This document shows, piece after piece, positions 26,865 through 36,877 of a stretch of 64,000 nucleotides of DNA. The DNA lies in the NCBI GenBank assembly GCA_048887165.1, contig JBHLJZ010000004.1, forward strand, positions 5,538 to 69,537, read 5' to 3'. How positions within the stretch are numbered: position 1 is the first letter of the stretch; every line of letters begins with the position of its first letter. The notes beneath the pieces were generated by a model that saw nothing but the letters and a program-made list of their open reading frames with translations, was not told the DNA's origin and made no database searches. Both the position numbers and the translations under genes were made by a program. This stretch comes from Candidatus Hodarchaeota archaeon. Its GTDB lineage: Archaea; Asgardarchaeota; Lokiarchaeia; Sigyniarchaeales; SOKP01.

Positions 26865-29445
26865 ATGGTTTAAAATAAATAATTGATTCAGTTATTGAAT
26901 CTGGAAAGTTTATTGCACTGTATCCAGAGTAGGTTAAATGATGTTTGCCTTGGAGGAATAACTCTGTAAGTTGATCAGAATAATGCTTAGAATTCGATAA
27001 GCCTCTTTGCCCTCCAGCAATACAAGTTCTTGAATTACTCAAATTACTGAAATCTATTATTAATCTATGTGCCGCACCACCATAAGATAATCCAACTTCT
27101 TTTTCATTCATGCTTATACCCGAAGGATTTACAGTATATCCTTCTCCTCCTCCTTCAAAAGGACCCAAATTTAAAGATGGTAGCCCAGTTAAACTTCTAA
27201 AATACAATTTATGGATATCCCCCCATCTCCAGTTTTGGGGATCAGGATCATCATAAAAATCTTCAAGCCATTCTATTGTAGCATTTAAAGCAATTAAGAT
27301 AATATCATCTCGATCCTCAGTCCCTCCTGTATTGATATCGTTAAACCAATGGGAGCTTTCATTTTCTTTCATTAAGTACTCTAAGATACTCCAGCGTGGT
27401 TTCGTTGAAGCATTATAAGTGGAAAACTCATCATCAAATGTATAACTTCTAAAAAAGTCACGCCACTTTCGATAGATAGTAGGAGCACTTAATTCTTTAT
27501 CCATAACATAATTCCACGCATTCAGTTCTTCAAGTATATCATTAATTTGAGAGGGTGGAGAAAGACCATAATAATTTTCAGTAGCATTTATGAAATAGGG
27601 TGTAAATGCTTTTGCCATGCTAGAATTTATGTCAAACTGAAAGTCTGCCATCATGGAGACACTTATATCGTCAGTATAATTGAGTAAATAATTAAGTCTT
27701 CTTGCCCTATAGCCTTCAGCATAATCATTGTGTAAGAAATGCTGGACATAGTCAGGACCAGCAGCTATTTGATTAGCGGAAACTAAATAATGTTGAGATG
27801 GGTTTAAAGTATTTGGCAATTCATTAAACGGTGCATAAGCAACCCATTCTCCTTCTCCATTTGAACCGTTATAAGGGAGGGAACCGTTACCATAATATCC
27901 CATTGGTATTTTTGAATCATCTCTAATAGGTATCGCACCAGTTGGTCTAATTGCAATATTTCCATGGATATCTCCATAAACCATATTAATAGGTGGAGAA
28001 GAATAAAAACTCGATGCTGTATCAAATTCCGTTCTATCTTTTGAATGAATCATATCATAAATTGCTATAAATTCATAAGTAATATTATTAGGTAAATACT
28101 TCGGAACTAAGATTATATCCGGTTGTTCGAATGGATTTGGAACTCCTTCATTTGCTAAAAATGTATTTAAAACAGGTCCATGGACAGTATCCTTAACGGT
28201 AAAGATGACATCTTTTTCCCCTTTTACTTTTATTTCATAAGTTCGATAAGTATATGGTACAGAACTGCCATTATAAATATAATTAGAATCGCCAATAGTG
28301 TTGAAGTAATACCAATCTAAATGATCAGCAGGAAAGATTGTTGCTCCCCAACCTAAATATTGGTTGTAACCAACAATAGGAAAAGTAAGACCAGGAACAG
28401 TATAACCATAAAAGTTTAAGTTAGTGTCAGTTGAAACGACGTGTGTTTCATAAAGGAAAGTAGGAATAGGCCAACCCCAATGTTGATCATTGCAAAGTAT
28501 AGGCGCTCCGGTATTACTTTTAATTCCGTCGACAACCCAGTTATTGCTACCCTTGGAACAATATGACTCAATTAATTCTTTTTGGAACTCGATCTTTTCT
28601 ACATTCCTTAAAAATCTAGAAATCTCTTCGACTAATAGCTCATTTTTTTCAGTTTTAATTGTATCACCACCAGAAGACAGCGGAAATTCACCATAGTTAG
28701 GACAAACAGGAATCTGATACGGTAAATAAGGAGTATGGGTTTCTGAATACCAATCCGGATTCACTGAGTTGAATGCTTCATAATTTATATATCTATAAAG
28801 GTCATTATATTGCCACGAATAGTATAACGATACAAATTTTAATATTGCTATAACATCAAGAGGATCAAATTCTTGAGGTTTAAAATTGAGTAAATAATAC
28901 TCTAAAGGCATCTCATTCTTATGAGTGTCTATATAATGGTTAATTCCATCGATATATCTTTCTACAGTAGGAATTAAATTAATCTGACCCATTGCTTGCA
29001 TCTCGTAAGCTTTTTGTAAAGTTAATTCCGCCCAATATTCCATGCCTATAGCTAAGTTTAATTTATCATCATCTAAAGCGGAAGGTCCTAATATCTCAGC
29101 CATTTTTCCGCGAGCAATACGTCTAAACATATCCATTTGAAAAAGTCTATCTTGAGCATGGCAATAACCTAACGCAAAGAAAACATCTGATTCATTAGAC
29201 CCATATATATGGGGCACGCCCCAATCATCTCGAATAATTGTCACATCATTATTTAACCCATTTATACTTTGTAATTCTCTTACAGGAACTTCACCAGGAA
29301 CTTTCCATACTCCATTACCTGGAAACAATAATCCCCCTAATGATGGAATATTTAAAATGGGAATAGAAAATATTGTCATCAAAATTGCCGTAATTAATAG
29401 AGCACTTGATATTTTAATAATATCTTTTCTTTCTTGATTCATCAT
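26854..29445 (-). CDS. Penicillin acylase/AHL-acylase family Ntn-hydrolase (peptidase S45), membrane-anchored or secreted
   Basis: 863 aa. N-terminal TM/signal. Family motifs DRLFQMD and the autoprocessing-site nucleophile context CSKGSNNWVVDG. Confidence 0.8.
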   Translation of the reverse strand: MMNQERKDIIKISSALLITAILMTIFSIPILNIPSLGGLLFPGNGVWKVPGEVPVRELQSINGLNNDVTIIRDDWGVPHIYGSNESDVFFALGYCHAQDRLFQMDMFRRIARGKMAEILGPSALDDDKLNLAIGMEYWAELTLQKAYEMQAMGQINLIPTVERYIDGINHYIDTHKNEMPLEYYLLNFKPQEFDPLDVIAILKFVSLYYSWQYNDLYRYINYEAFNSVNPDWYSETHTPYLPYQIPVCPNYGEFPLSSGGDTIKTEKNELLVEEISRFLRNVEKIEFQKELIESYCSKGSNNWVVDGIKSNTGAPILCNDQHWGWPIPTFLYETHVVSTDTNLNFYGYTVPGLTFPIVGYNQYLGWGATIFPADHLDWYYFNTIGDSNYIYNGSSVPYTYRTYEIKVKGEKDVIFTVKDTVHGPVLNTFLANEGVPNPFEQPDIILVPKYLPNNITYEFIAIYDMIHSKDRTEFDTASSFYSSPPINMVYGDIHGNIAIRPTGAIPIRDDSKIPMGYYGNGSLPYNGSNGEGEWVAYAPFNELPNTLNPSQHYLVSANQIAAGPDYVQHFLHNDYAEGYRARRLNYLLNYTDDISVSMMADFQFDINSSMAKAFTPYFINATENYYGLSPPSQINDILEELNAWNYVMDKELSAPTIYRKWRDFFRSYTFDDEFSTYNASTKPRWSILEYLMKENESSHWFNDINTGGTEDRDDIILIALNATIEWLEDFYDDPDPQNWRWGDIHKLYFRSLTGLPSLNLGPFEGGGEGYTVNPSGISMNEKEVGLSYGGAAHRLIIDFSNLSNSRTCIAGGQRGLSNSKHYSDQLTELFLQGKHHLTYSGYSAINFPDSITESIIYFKPYGG

Positions 29446-29580
29446 AAACTTAAAATCTCTTTTTTTTAGATTTGCTATAAACTAAATTAGATTAGACTAA
29501 TATAAAAAACTTTAAAATAAAATGATATGATTTAGGAATTCAAATTTAAAATCACAAATTTTTATAATCTAATTTAAGAA

Positions 29581-30300
29581 TTAATTAGACTTAACTGAGT
29601 TAATAATTGCCCTAACACATGATTTAACAAATTTGGAAGAAAATTCAAAATCTAACCTTATATGTTTCGCAACTTCCACTTGAATAGCACTAATTTGTTT
29701 TACATTGTAGAATTGTTGAGTAATATACCCCCCAGAGTAACCTAAATTAAATTTTGATATACTCAATCCGTCATCTAAAGAGAAAAATTTTGATAACTCT
29801 TGATGTAATTGAGAACAACCCCAATACCTGTCGCAATTTTCCTCATTGGAATTTTGAAATAAATCCAATGTATTACCAAAAACATGTCCAAGAATTATAT
29901 CTGGATAATTTTTTTTAGGTTTTGTAAAACCATGGAGATCAATTATTAAAGTTCTCCCGTATTTAGAAACAGATTCTTGAGCAAACCTTCTTAATTGGTC
30001 GTGATAAAGAAAATGAATATTTCGAGCCATATTGGAGGATTGATTAAATGCTTGATCTGATATGGGAGGTCTATTCAAATCAATCTTCGATCTATGAATT
30101 TTATTTAAGATGTAATAAATAGAAATATTTTTAATTGATTTAATTATTTGCTTAGCGATAATATAGGTATTTATATCAACGAGATTTTGACCAACTTGTT
30201 TATCAGGAATTACTTTTGGCCTCTTATAACCTCCATGAGGAGTTGATAAAACTATTGGCACTGAACCTTCGCCAATTTCAAAATATTTTCTAAGATTCAT
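29581..30300 (-). CDS. N-formylglutamate amidohydrolase-like (FGase family) hydrolase
   Basis: 239 aa. Ordered motifs STPHGG ... IDLNRP ... IIDLHGF match the metal-binding pattern of the FGase fold as I recall it. Confidence 0.5.
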   Translation of the reverse strand: MNLRKYFEIGEGSVPIVLSTPHGGYKRPKVIPDKQVGQNLVDINTYIIAKQIIKSIKNISIYYILNKIHRSKIDLNRPPISDQAFNQSSNMARNIHFLYHDQLRRFAQESVSKYGRTLIIDLHGFTKPKKNYPDIILGHVFGNTLDLFQNSNEENCDRYWGCSQLHQELSKFFSLDDGLSISKFNLGYSGGYITQQFYNVKQISAIQVEVAKHIRLDFEFSSKFVKSCVRAIINSVKSN

Positions 30301-30543
30301 TCAAGATGAAAAATTATTCAGAAATTATAAATATTAATAAGGAAATATTGAATGATTATTTATGTCTTTTTTACATTATGAATTTTTGTCGATGATTCAA
30401 TTTATTAACTTATTAAGACAGTGATAAATTATTATTATCAAATTATAACATATTTTCAAAACCTTTTTTAAAAAAGATTATTTTTCCTAATTACAAATAT
30501 GTAAATTTTAAGTTACCAATTAATTGAGGTATGGGATAAAAAT

Positions 30544-30831
30544 ATGACAATTGATGATTTGATAAGTTTCTTAAAGAAAAAAGGATTTAGAGACACCCTA
30601 GAAGTACTCACTCAGTTTAAGAACTATAAAACGGATAAACATACTTTTTACAACGAGTTAAATAAGTTCAGCTATTATAATTCATACTTTAGAGTAAAGG
30701 ATGAGATGATCAACAGAGGACTAATCGAAATAGAATTAAATAACAAGAAGAAATACGTTAAACTGACAGACAAAGGATTAGACGTTTATAATCGACTAGT
30801 TGAAATTAACAAATTAATAAATTCCAAATAA
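30544..30831 (+). CDS. Small winged-helix DNA-binding protein
   Basis: 95 aa. Helical N-terminal part and a beta-hairpin-like KKKYVKLTDKGL (wing). Confidence 0.45.
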   Translation: MTIDDLISFLKKKGFRDTLEVLTQFKNYKTDKHTFYNELNKFSYYNSYFRVKDEMINRGLIEIELNNKKKYVKLTDKGLDVYNRLVEINKLINSK

Positions 30832-30927
30832 AATTATATTTGGTTTTAAATTTTCTTAAATCTTTTATTTCAATTTATTTGTTTTTATATTATTTTTTAA
30901 TGGTTATTTTCTGAGTGATTTATTATA

Positions 30928-31560
30928 ATGATAATTAGAAAGCTCATAGTTGGACCATTAGGTACAAATTGTTATATCTTTGGGTCAGAAGATACAAATG
31001 AAGTAGTTATAATCGATCCAGGAGGAAATGCGGAAAATATAATCCAAAATGTAAAAGAGCTTAATGGAAAACCGATCGCTGTATTACTTACACATGGACA
31101 TTTTGATCATACTTTTAAAGTAGGAAAAATTTTAAGATTTTTTCAAATTCCTCTAATGTATTGTGAAAAGGAATACACCTCGAGAGTTTATACTCAGCGA
31201 AAAGCGGATAAATGGTTAGCTGAAGGAGATACTTTAAAAATTGGAGATATTCACTTAAAAATTTTAGAAACTCCTGGTCACTCACCAGGATCTTTATGTT
31301 ATTATTCTAATGACGTGAAGGAATATAAAAAACGTAAGATCGATGGCATTATATTTACAGGGGATTTAATATTCAAAAGAAGCATAGGGCGCTCTGACAT
31401 TCATGGTGGCAATCAAAATTTACTGTTTCAAAGTATCAAGAATAAAATAATGTACAATAGCATTATTACTGATAATTTTTTAATATTTCCAGGACATATG
31501 AGCTCTACCTCAGTTGGAGAAGAACGAGCTTTGAATTTATTTAAAAAATATTTTCTTTAA
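30928..31560 (+). CDS. MBL-fold metallo-hydrolase (glyoxalase II-like)
   Basis: 210 aa. Motifs LLTHGHFDH, TPGHSPGS, and GDLIF...GRSD. Confidence 0.85.
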   Translation: MIIRKLIVGPLGTNCYIFGSEDTNEVVIIDPGGNAENIIQNVKELNGKPIAVLLTHGHFDHTFKVGKILRFFQIPLMYCEKEYTSRVYTQRKADKWLAEGDTLKIGDIHLKILETPGHSPGSLCYYSNDVKEYKKRKIDGIIFTGDLIFKRSIGRSDIHGGNQNLLFQSIKNKIMYNSIITDNFLIFPGHMSSTSVGEERALNLFKKYFL

Positions 31561-31724
31561 ATTAAGAATTTACTGATCTTATTCGAAATTATTTTAGATT
31601 AAGTCTTACTAAAAAACTATAAAATAATTTTTTAATTTAAAAATAGATGATAATTTTTTAAAGACTGAATATATTATAATATTAAAAATTCTTTATTTTA
31701 CGAATTAATGGTGAATATTAAAAC

Positions 31725-32009
31725 TTGATAGATGTCAATCAAGTAAAAGAAATTATTAGGAAATTCGAAGAACGTGAAGGAATTCGAGGAGTTATAATAT
31801 GTGATTCTACAGGACTTCCTATAAAATCGAATTTGGCAACTGAACAAACAGAGGAAGTTTCTGCTTATATTACCGCTTTAATTGGAAAGTCGCGACAAGT
31901 TGTTGATGCTCTTAAAGAAGGATCATTAAAGTTTATAAGACTTGAAACTAGTAAGGGCGAAGTAATGGTAGCAATTGAGGAACAACTGATTTTAATAATA
32001 TTAAAATAA
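31725..32009 (+). CDS. Roadblock/LC7 (MglB-like) domain protein
   Basis: 94 aa. Typical pattern GIRGVIICDSTGLPIKS...EVSAYITALIG...LKFIRLETSKGEVMV. Confidence 0.7.
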   Translation: MIDVNQVKEIIRKFEEREGIRGVIICDSTGLPIKSNLATEQTEEVSAYITALIGKSRQVVDALKEGSLKFIRLETSKGEVMVAIEEQLILIILK

Positions 32010-32166
32010 ATTTATTATAGCGTTATTTTTTCAATTATCCTTTTTTATATATTTGATAAATTTAAATTTCTTTAAATTATATATATATTTAAGAAGATTT
32101 CTTTAACTAATTTAAGAATATTTTATCAAGTTTTAAATTCATTATAATTAACCTAAATGATTGAAA

Positions 32167-32520
32167 ATGGCTTCTAAAGAGGTAATCGAACAGAAATTAG
32201 CTGAATTAATGGATATTGTGCCAGAATGCGAAGGGTTAATTGCTGCTGACCCTAATGGGAAAATAATTGTAGGTCAGACAATTACAGAAATGGATCATCA
32301 ATCTATAGCAAAAAATTGTTTAACAATAATTAATGATTCAAATTCTTTAGGGAAAAACATAGGAAAAGGGACACTTAAAGTTACTACCATAGAATTGCAA
32401 AATGGATTTGCAGTATTGGTCGGATCAAATAAAACAGTATTAATAGCATTAGCAGGTCTTGACGGAAAAGCGTCACTCAGTCTTTTAAAAAGACACCTTA
32501 TTTCTATATCAAACTTATAA
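32167..32520 (+). CDS. Roadblock/LC7 (MglB-like) domain protein
   Basis: ATG 32167 (MASKEVIEQK); the track start is TTG 32161. Pattern CEGLIAADPNGKIIVGQ...SIAKNCLTII...TIELQNGFAVLV. Confidence 0.65.
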   Translation: MASKEVIEQKLAELMDIVPECEGLIAADPNGKIIVGQTITEMDHQSIAKNCLTIINDSNSLGKNIGKGTLKVTTIELQNGFAVLVGSNKTVLIALAGLDGKASLSLLKRHLISISNL

Positions 32521-32567
32521 TTTATCTATTCTTTTTTTCAATAAAAATAAGATAAAATTAGATAATA

Positions 32568-35500
32568 TTATTTTTCTTTGTCATCCTTTAAACCTTCTTC
32601 CTCTAATAATGAATCTAAATCAGTAACTTTTTCTTTTATAGTTTCTTTGGGTTTTTCTTTCTTTTTTTTAATTGTAATCTCTTCTTCGGGTTCTGTTACC
32701 TTTTCTAACTCAGAAACTTTTACATACTTACCTCTTCGTGGTCTTCTTTTACTAACCTCTTCAACTGGAGTTTCTATACGCTTGATTGTTCTTTTAGTAA
32801 AGAGATACATTAAACCCCATACTATTATAAAAACTCCAAGGATTATTACCATAAAGAATGATGTAAGATAACTAGATAGAGGAATATCGAAAGTCTGAAA
32901 TACATTAGATGCTTCAAAATTAATAATTTCATCAGTCAGAATATTTTGGGCATCGATAGATATATTTATTTCTAATTCATTGATAATTGGGATATCAACT
33001 TCTAATATGAGATATGTTGACTCATTAGGAGAAAAGTGGTTTAGAATTATGTAATTTCTTTCTACAATTGAATATTCTAAATTAGGTGTTATAATGACAT
33101 TAATATCAATAACTCTAAGAATAGAATTTCCAATATTTGTTAGACTTAATTTAAATGTTGATAGTTTATTTCGATAGATAAATGGTACATTTTTATTTAA
33201 CGAGATAGAAATGTTATTTGATACTCTAAATAGATCAACAGTAATATTTTGTGATTTGCCTAGAATGTATATGTCACCACTCCAAATAAAGCTAAAAAGT
33301 AACTGATCTTCATTATCTAGCGTCAAAGAGTCAATCTCGAAGTTAACTAACCCATTTATATCAGAAAATTGTGATGAAATGTTAATCCATGAAGTATTAT
33401 TGTAATATCGACAAGTAACATTTTCATTTGGAAGGATCTGACCAAACTCAGTTGATAAAAATCCCGAAATGTTAAAGATGGATCCCTTTAACGGAGTTTC
33501 TGGATTAATAGATATATTTATAAATTTACTATTTGTTTTAAGTGCAAAAGAATCGATAAATTGATTATAACTGCTTACATAATTCTTATCATATATATTT
33601 ACTAAAAATGTCGTCTGATTTGGGAGATAAACACACTCATTTCTTTGAAAAGGTTTTAATATTGAAGCTCCTGTTATTTCTTTATCATATTTCAATGCTA
33701 TAATATATCCTTCAAATTCACTTTCCGTACTATTTACTAATAAAGCATAATTATCACTTTCAAAGATTCCAATTTCATGATATTCTCCACTTGATTCAAA
33801 ATAAATAGTCACTATCGTCTTAGCTCCTCCTTTTCTAACTGGTGCATTTTGACCTGGCCAGAAATCATCAGGCTGAAGAGTGGGCATTGTTAATTGTACA
33901 CTGAATTCTTGAATATCTCTACCTAAAGGGTCTCCCTTTAATTTTAGTGTTTTAGTACTAGAGGTTTGTTGATCAATAATCCATTCTTCATTCGATAAGG
34001 ATACAAGTTTGATATCTACATATATGTCCAAGTCAATAAGTTCATGCATATTTTGAATAGAAACATTGATTATGATATTTTCATTAGGATTTAAGATGGT
34101 TTCGTTTTGTAAAAATGACTTAAGCACAATTGGGATGTCATCCATACTCATTTCATAAACATATTCCTCGTTTACATTTGATTCATTTACAGGGAAAAAA
34201 TTTGGAATGTAAGTTCCAGTAGTCTCATTCACAGTTGCTATTAAAATCGAATAATTATCATAAACACGATCAACAAGTCCGTCTAAAACATTTTGATCTT
34301 GTAGTTCTTGATAAAAGAAATCATCCAGACTGACATTATAAGAATTGATATATAACTTTAACTTTTTACATCCTAAAGCAGATCCGTTACTCCAAAAGTA
34401 ACCTAAATAATAATTTCCGATAACTGGTAAGGTATCGTCAATATTAAGAATGATATCATTATTGAAATCATAAAAGAGTGATCCTTCTTTGAGATAACCA
34501 CTATTATCATTAAATTGTTTCCAAATAGTCTTATTTTTAGGATAAAATAAATATACTGTCGCAGAGCCAGTCGCAGGTGCTAAATTATTATGGTCCCTAA
34601 TTTCAAGCCCTGTTGTCATATTATCTCCATTCATAAATCCATTTGTTTCCCAAAAGTTGCTATTATATTTTAAATAACTATGCATCTCATATACAAGATT
34701 AGTGCTGTTTAGTTGAAGAGAATATAATCCAGAAATATTATTGGTAATATTATACGTAACAATTGATACTTCAAAGCTATGATTATCAGCTAAATTAAAT
34801 TCTCCGCCAGTCTCATTAACTATAAGATCGTAGATCTCATCATTATTTGGGTTTGTTAGGTTGTGTGCATAATAATCATCTGGATAGACGAACCAAAATT
34901 CAAGATAATCCCAGTTATCAAAATTTTTATATCCTAAATCTAAAGTATAGTTTAACGTCCATTCTGGAGTTCCGTCATAACTTACATTATAAGTGCTTAA
35001 AGCATCTTCTATCCAGTATGCTTTAACTGAATAACTAACATTAAATTCAAATCCTTTTATAATACTATTATTCCAAGAAAGGTCGACTTTAAAATTATTG
35101 AATCCGTCACTTATTATAGGGACTGTGAGATTGTTATTCCAGCGACCCAAACCCCACGTAAGATATGAACTTTCATTATATGGATAAGAACTAATAGTTT
35201 GATTTTCTATGGGAAGATCTTGGATATTCAAGTTGTCATCTTCAGACATAATAAAATCGGAAGGCATATAACCTCTTGTAACGTTGATTTTAAACGAACT
35301 AGCATCTAACTGTTCTGAAAAATAAATAGTTGTTTCAACATTCTTTCGAGCATTACTCCAAGATTGACCATTATCTGTGGTTTTCTTTAATTGATGATCT
35401 GTAATTTGATCAGGATCCCCAAAAGTAACCCTAGGCAAAGAAACTAAGCTGTAGATCTTTTCAGCACTGTCAGATTTAATTACTATAAAGTAATTATAGA

Positions 35501-36710
35501 GTTTCAAATCTACTGTGTTTGCAGTATTGAACTCAAAATAGGATAATTCGTCTCCTAAATAACCAGTAGTAAAGGAATCTATCATTCTACTATTATTTGG
35601 CCCCAATCCTACGTTTCTAAGATTAGAATCTGTTCTTACTACTGTTCTGTTGGCTTCATATAATGAGATATTCAAATTGGCACTAGCAGCAGCAGTTTTG
35701 TTCAATGTCCTGATCCAGGCATAAAAACCATTTACAGTTGATGCTTCTCCTTTCAAATCAAACTCTAATGCAACATACTCATTATTTGTAATTGGTAAAT
35801 CAAATCCATAAGTAGAAAATTCGCTATAAGAATCTAAAGTGACATTGTACACCTGAGTATCAAATCGTTCAATAAAGAATTGAATCTGGTTGACATCAGA
35901 ATTATTGATGAAATTTAAATTTTCATTAATTATTCTTTCATTAATTTGATGTGGTCCTAAACTACTATTAACAAAGATAGGATCAGTTACATTTTTCCAT
36001 ATTAAATCTGATATATCTAGCATTTTTACAGTAATGTAGGCATCTCTACTTATTTCATAACCTAGCGTAAGTACAAAACCTAAGATAAAATCTCGATCAA
36101 ATGCTAGATTTATTGAAGGAGTTCCACTTACAAACCAAGTACCAGCGAAACTAGCATCGATAGAAAAATTGATAATTCCATTTGAAGCATTAATTATTAT
36201 ATCGTTATCAGGATTCACATCAGTTAATTGTCCAATATTAGAGAGTGTCAGTGCATTACCTTCATTTATTGTTAATGAGGAGCCACCAACATTGAAATCA
36301 AAATCTATGAAGCTACTTGCATATAACGCATCAGTATCTTCTAAAATATATTCTGTAGTATAATTATTTTGAAATGTAAAATTAAAATCACCAAATGAAA
36401 GATAACCCACATCTGTATCTGACATGGAAGGTACATTGAAGAATTGCTGATTATTATAAGAAACAGACTCATTTGTAACATATAATCTTACATCTTGGTT
36501 ATCTCCAGAACCTGTAATATAATAATCACTCAAATAAGTGTCTGAAGAGACTTGTAATTCACTTTCTTTTTCTAAAAGAGTGTCTATTTCATCTTTTCCA
36601 TCAATTTGCCAATAAAAGCTATTAAATATCTGTATATTCGTTAGAAGAATAGAAATAATAAAAATGCTTAAGAGCATTATCCTTTTAACTTCTCTTTTTC
36701 GTCGTATCAA
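32568..36710 (-). CDS. Giant type-I surface protein (S-layer/adhesin-like), sequon-rich, with a charged cytoplasmic tail
   Basis: 1380 aa. N-terminal anchor MLLSIFIISILLTNIQIF. C-terminal TM FFMVIILGVFIIVWGLMYLF followed by a K/E-rich tail. Very many NxS/T sequons throughout. Confidence 0.7.
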   Translation of the reverse strand: MIRRKREVKRIMLLSIFIISILLTNIQIFNSFYWQIDGKDEIDTLLEKESELQVSSDTYLSDYYITGSGDNQDVRLYVTNESVSYNNQQFFNVPSMSDTDVGYLSFGDFNFTFQNNYTTEYILEDTDALYASSFIDFDFNVGGSSLTINEGNALTLSNIGQLTDVNPDNDIIINASNGIINFSIDASFAGTWFVSGTPSINLAFDRDFILGFVLTLGYEISRDAYITVKMLDISDLIWKNVTDPIFVNSSLGPHQINERIINENLNFINNSDVNQIQFFIERFDTQVYNVTLDSYSEFSTYGFDLPITNNEYVALEFDLKGEASTVNGFYAWIRTLNKTAAASANLNISLYEANRTVVRTDSNLRNVGLGPNNSRMIDSFTTGYLGDELSYFEFNTANTVDLKLYNYFIVIKSDSAEKIYSLVSLPRVTFGDPDQITDHQLKKTTDNGQSWSNARKNVETTIYFSEQLDASSFKINVTRGYMPSDFIMSEDDNLNIQDLPIENQTISSYPYNESSYLTWGLGRWNNNLTVPIISDGFNNFKVDLSWNNSIIKGFEFNVSYSVKAYWIEDALSTYNVSYDGTPEWTLNYTLDLGYKNFDNWDYLEFWFVYPDDYYAHNLTNPNNDEIYDLIVNETGGEFNLADNHSFEVSIVTYNITNNISGLYSLQLNSTNLVYEMHSYLKYNSNFWETNGFMNGDNMTTGLEIRDHNNLAPATGSATVYLFYPKNKTIWKQFNDNSGYLKEGSLFYDFNNDIILNIDDTLPVIGNYYLGYFWSNGSALGCKKLKLYINSYNVSLDDFFYQELQDQNVLDGLVDRVYDNYSILIATVNETTGTYIPNFFPVNESNVNEEYVYEMSMDDIPIVLKSFLQNETILNPNENIIINVSIQNMHELIDLDIYVDIKLVSLSNEEWIIDQQTSSTKTLKLKGDPLGRDIQEFSVQLTMPTLQPDDFWPGQNAPVRKGGAKTIVTIYFESSGEYHEIGIFESDNYALLVNSTESEFEGYIIALKYDKEITGASILKPFQRNECVYLPNQTTFLVNIYDKNYVSSYNQFIDSFALKTNSKFINISINPETPLKGSIFNISGFLSTEFGQILPNENVTCRYYNNTSWINISSQFSDINGLVNFEIDSLTLDNEDQLLFSFIWSGDIYILGKSQNITVDLFRVSNNISISLNKNVPFIYRNKLSTFKLSLTNIGNSILRVIDINVIITPNLEYSIVERNYIILNHFSPNESTYLILEVDIPIINELEINISIDAQNILTDEIINFEASNVFQTFDIPLSSYLTSFFMVIILGVFIIVWGLMYLFTKRTIKRIETPVEEVSKRRPRRGKYVKVSELEKVTEPEEEITIKKKKEKPKETIKEKVTDLDSLLEEEGLKDDKEK

Positions 36711-36877
36711 ATAAAAACAACTGCTTAATTCAATTTTTTATTTATAAAATAATTTAAGAATATTAAAATTTCCTAATTATTTTAAATTTATCAGTTAGAT
36801 TATGAAATGACAAAATATTATTAATCTTCAATATATTCTAATTTAATAAATAAACCAAAGAATGATGGATTTGTTAA

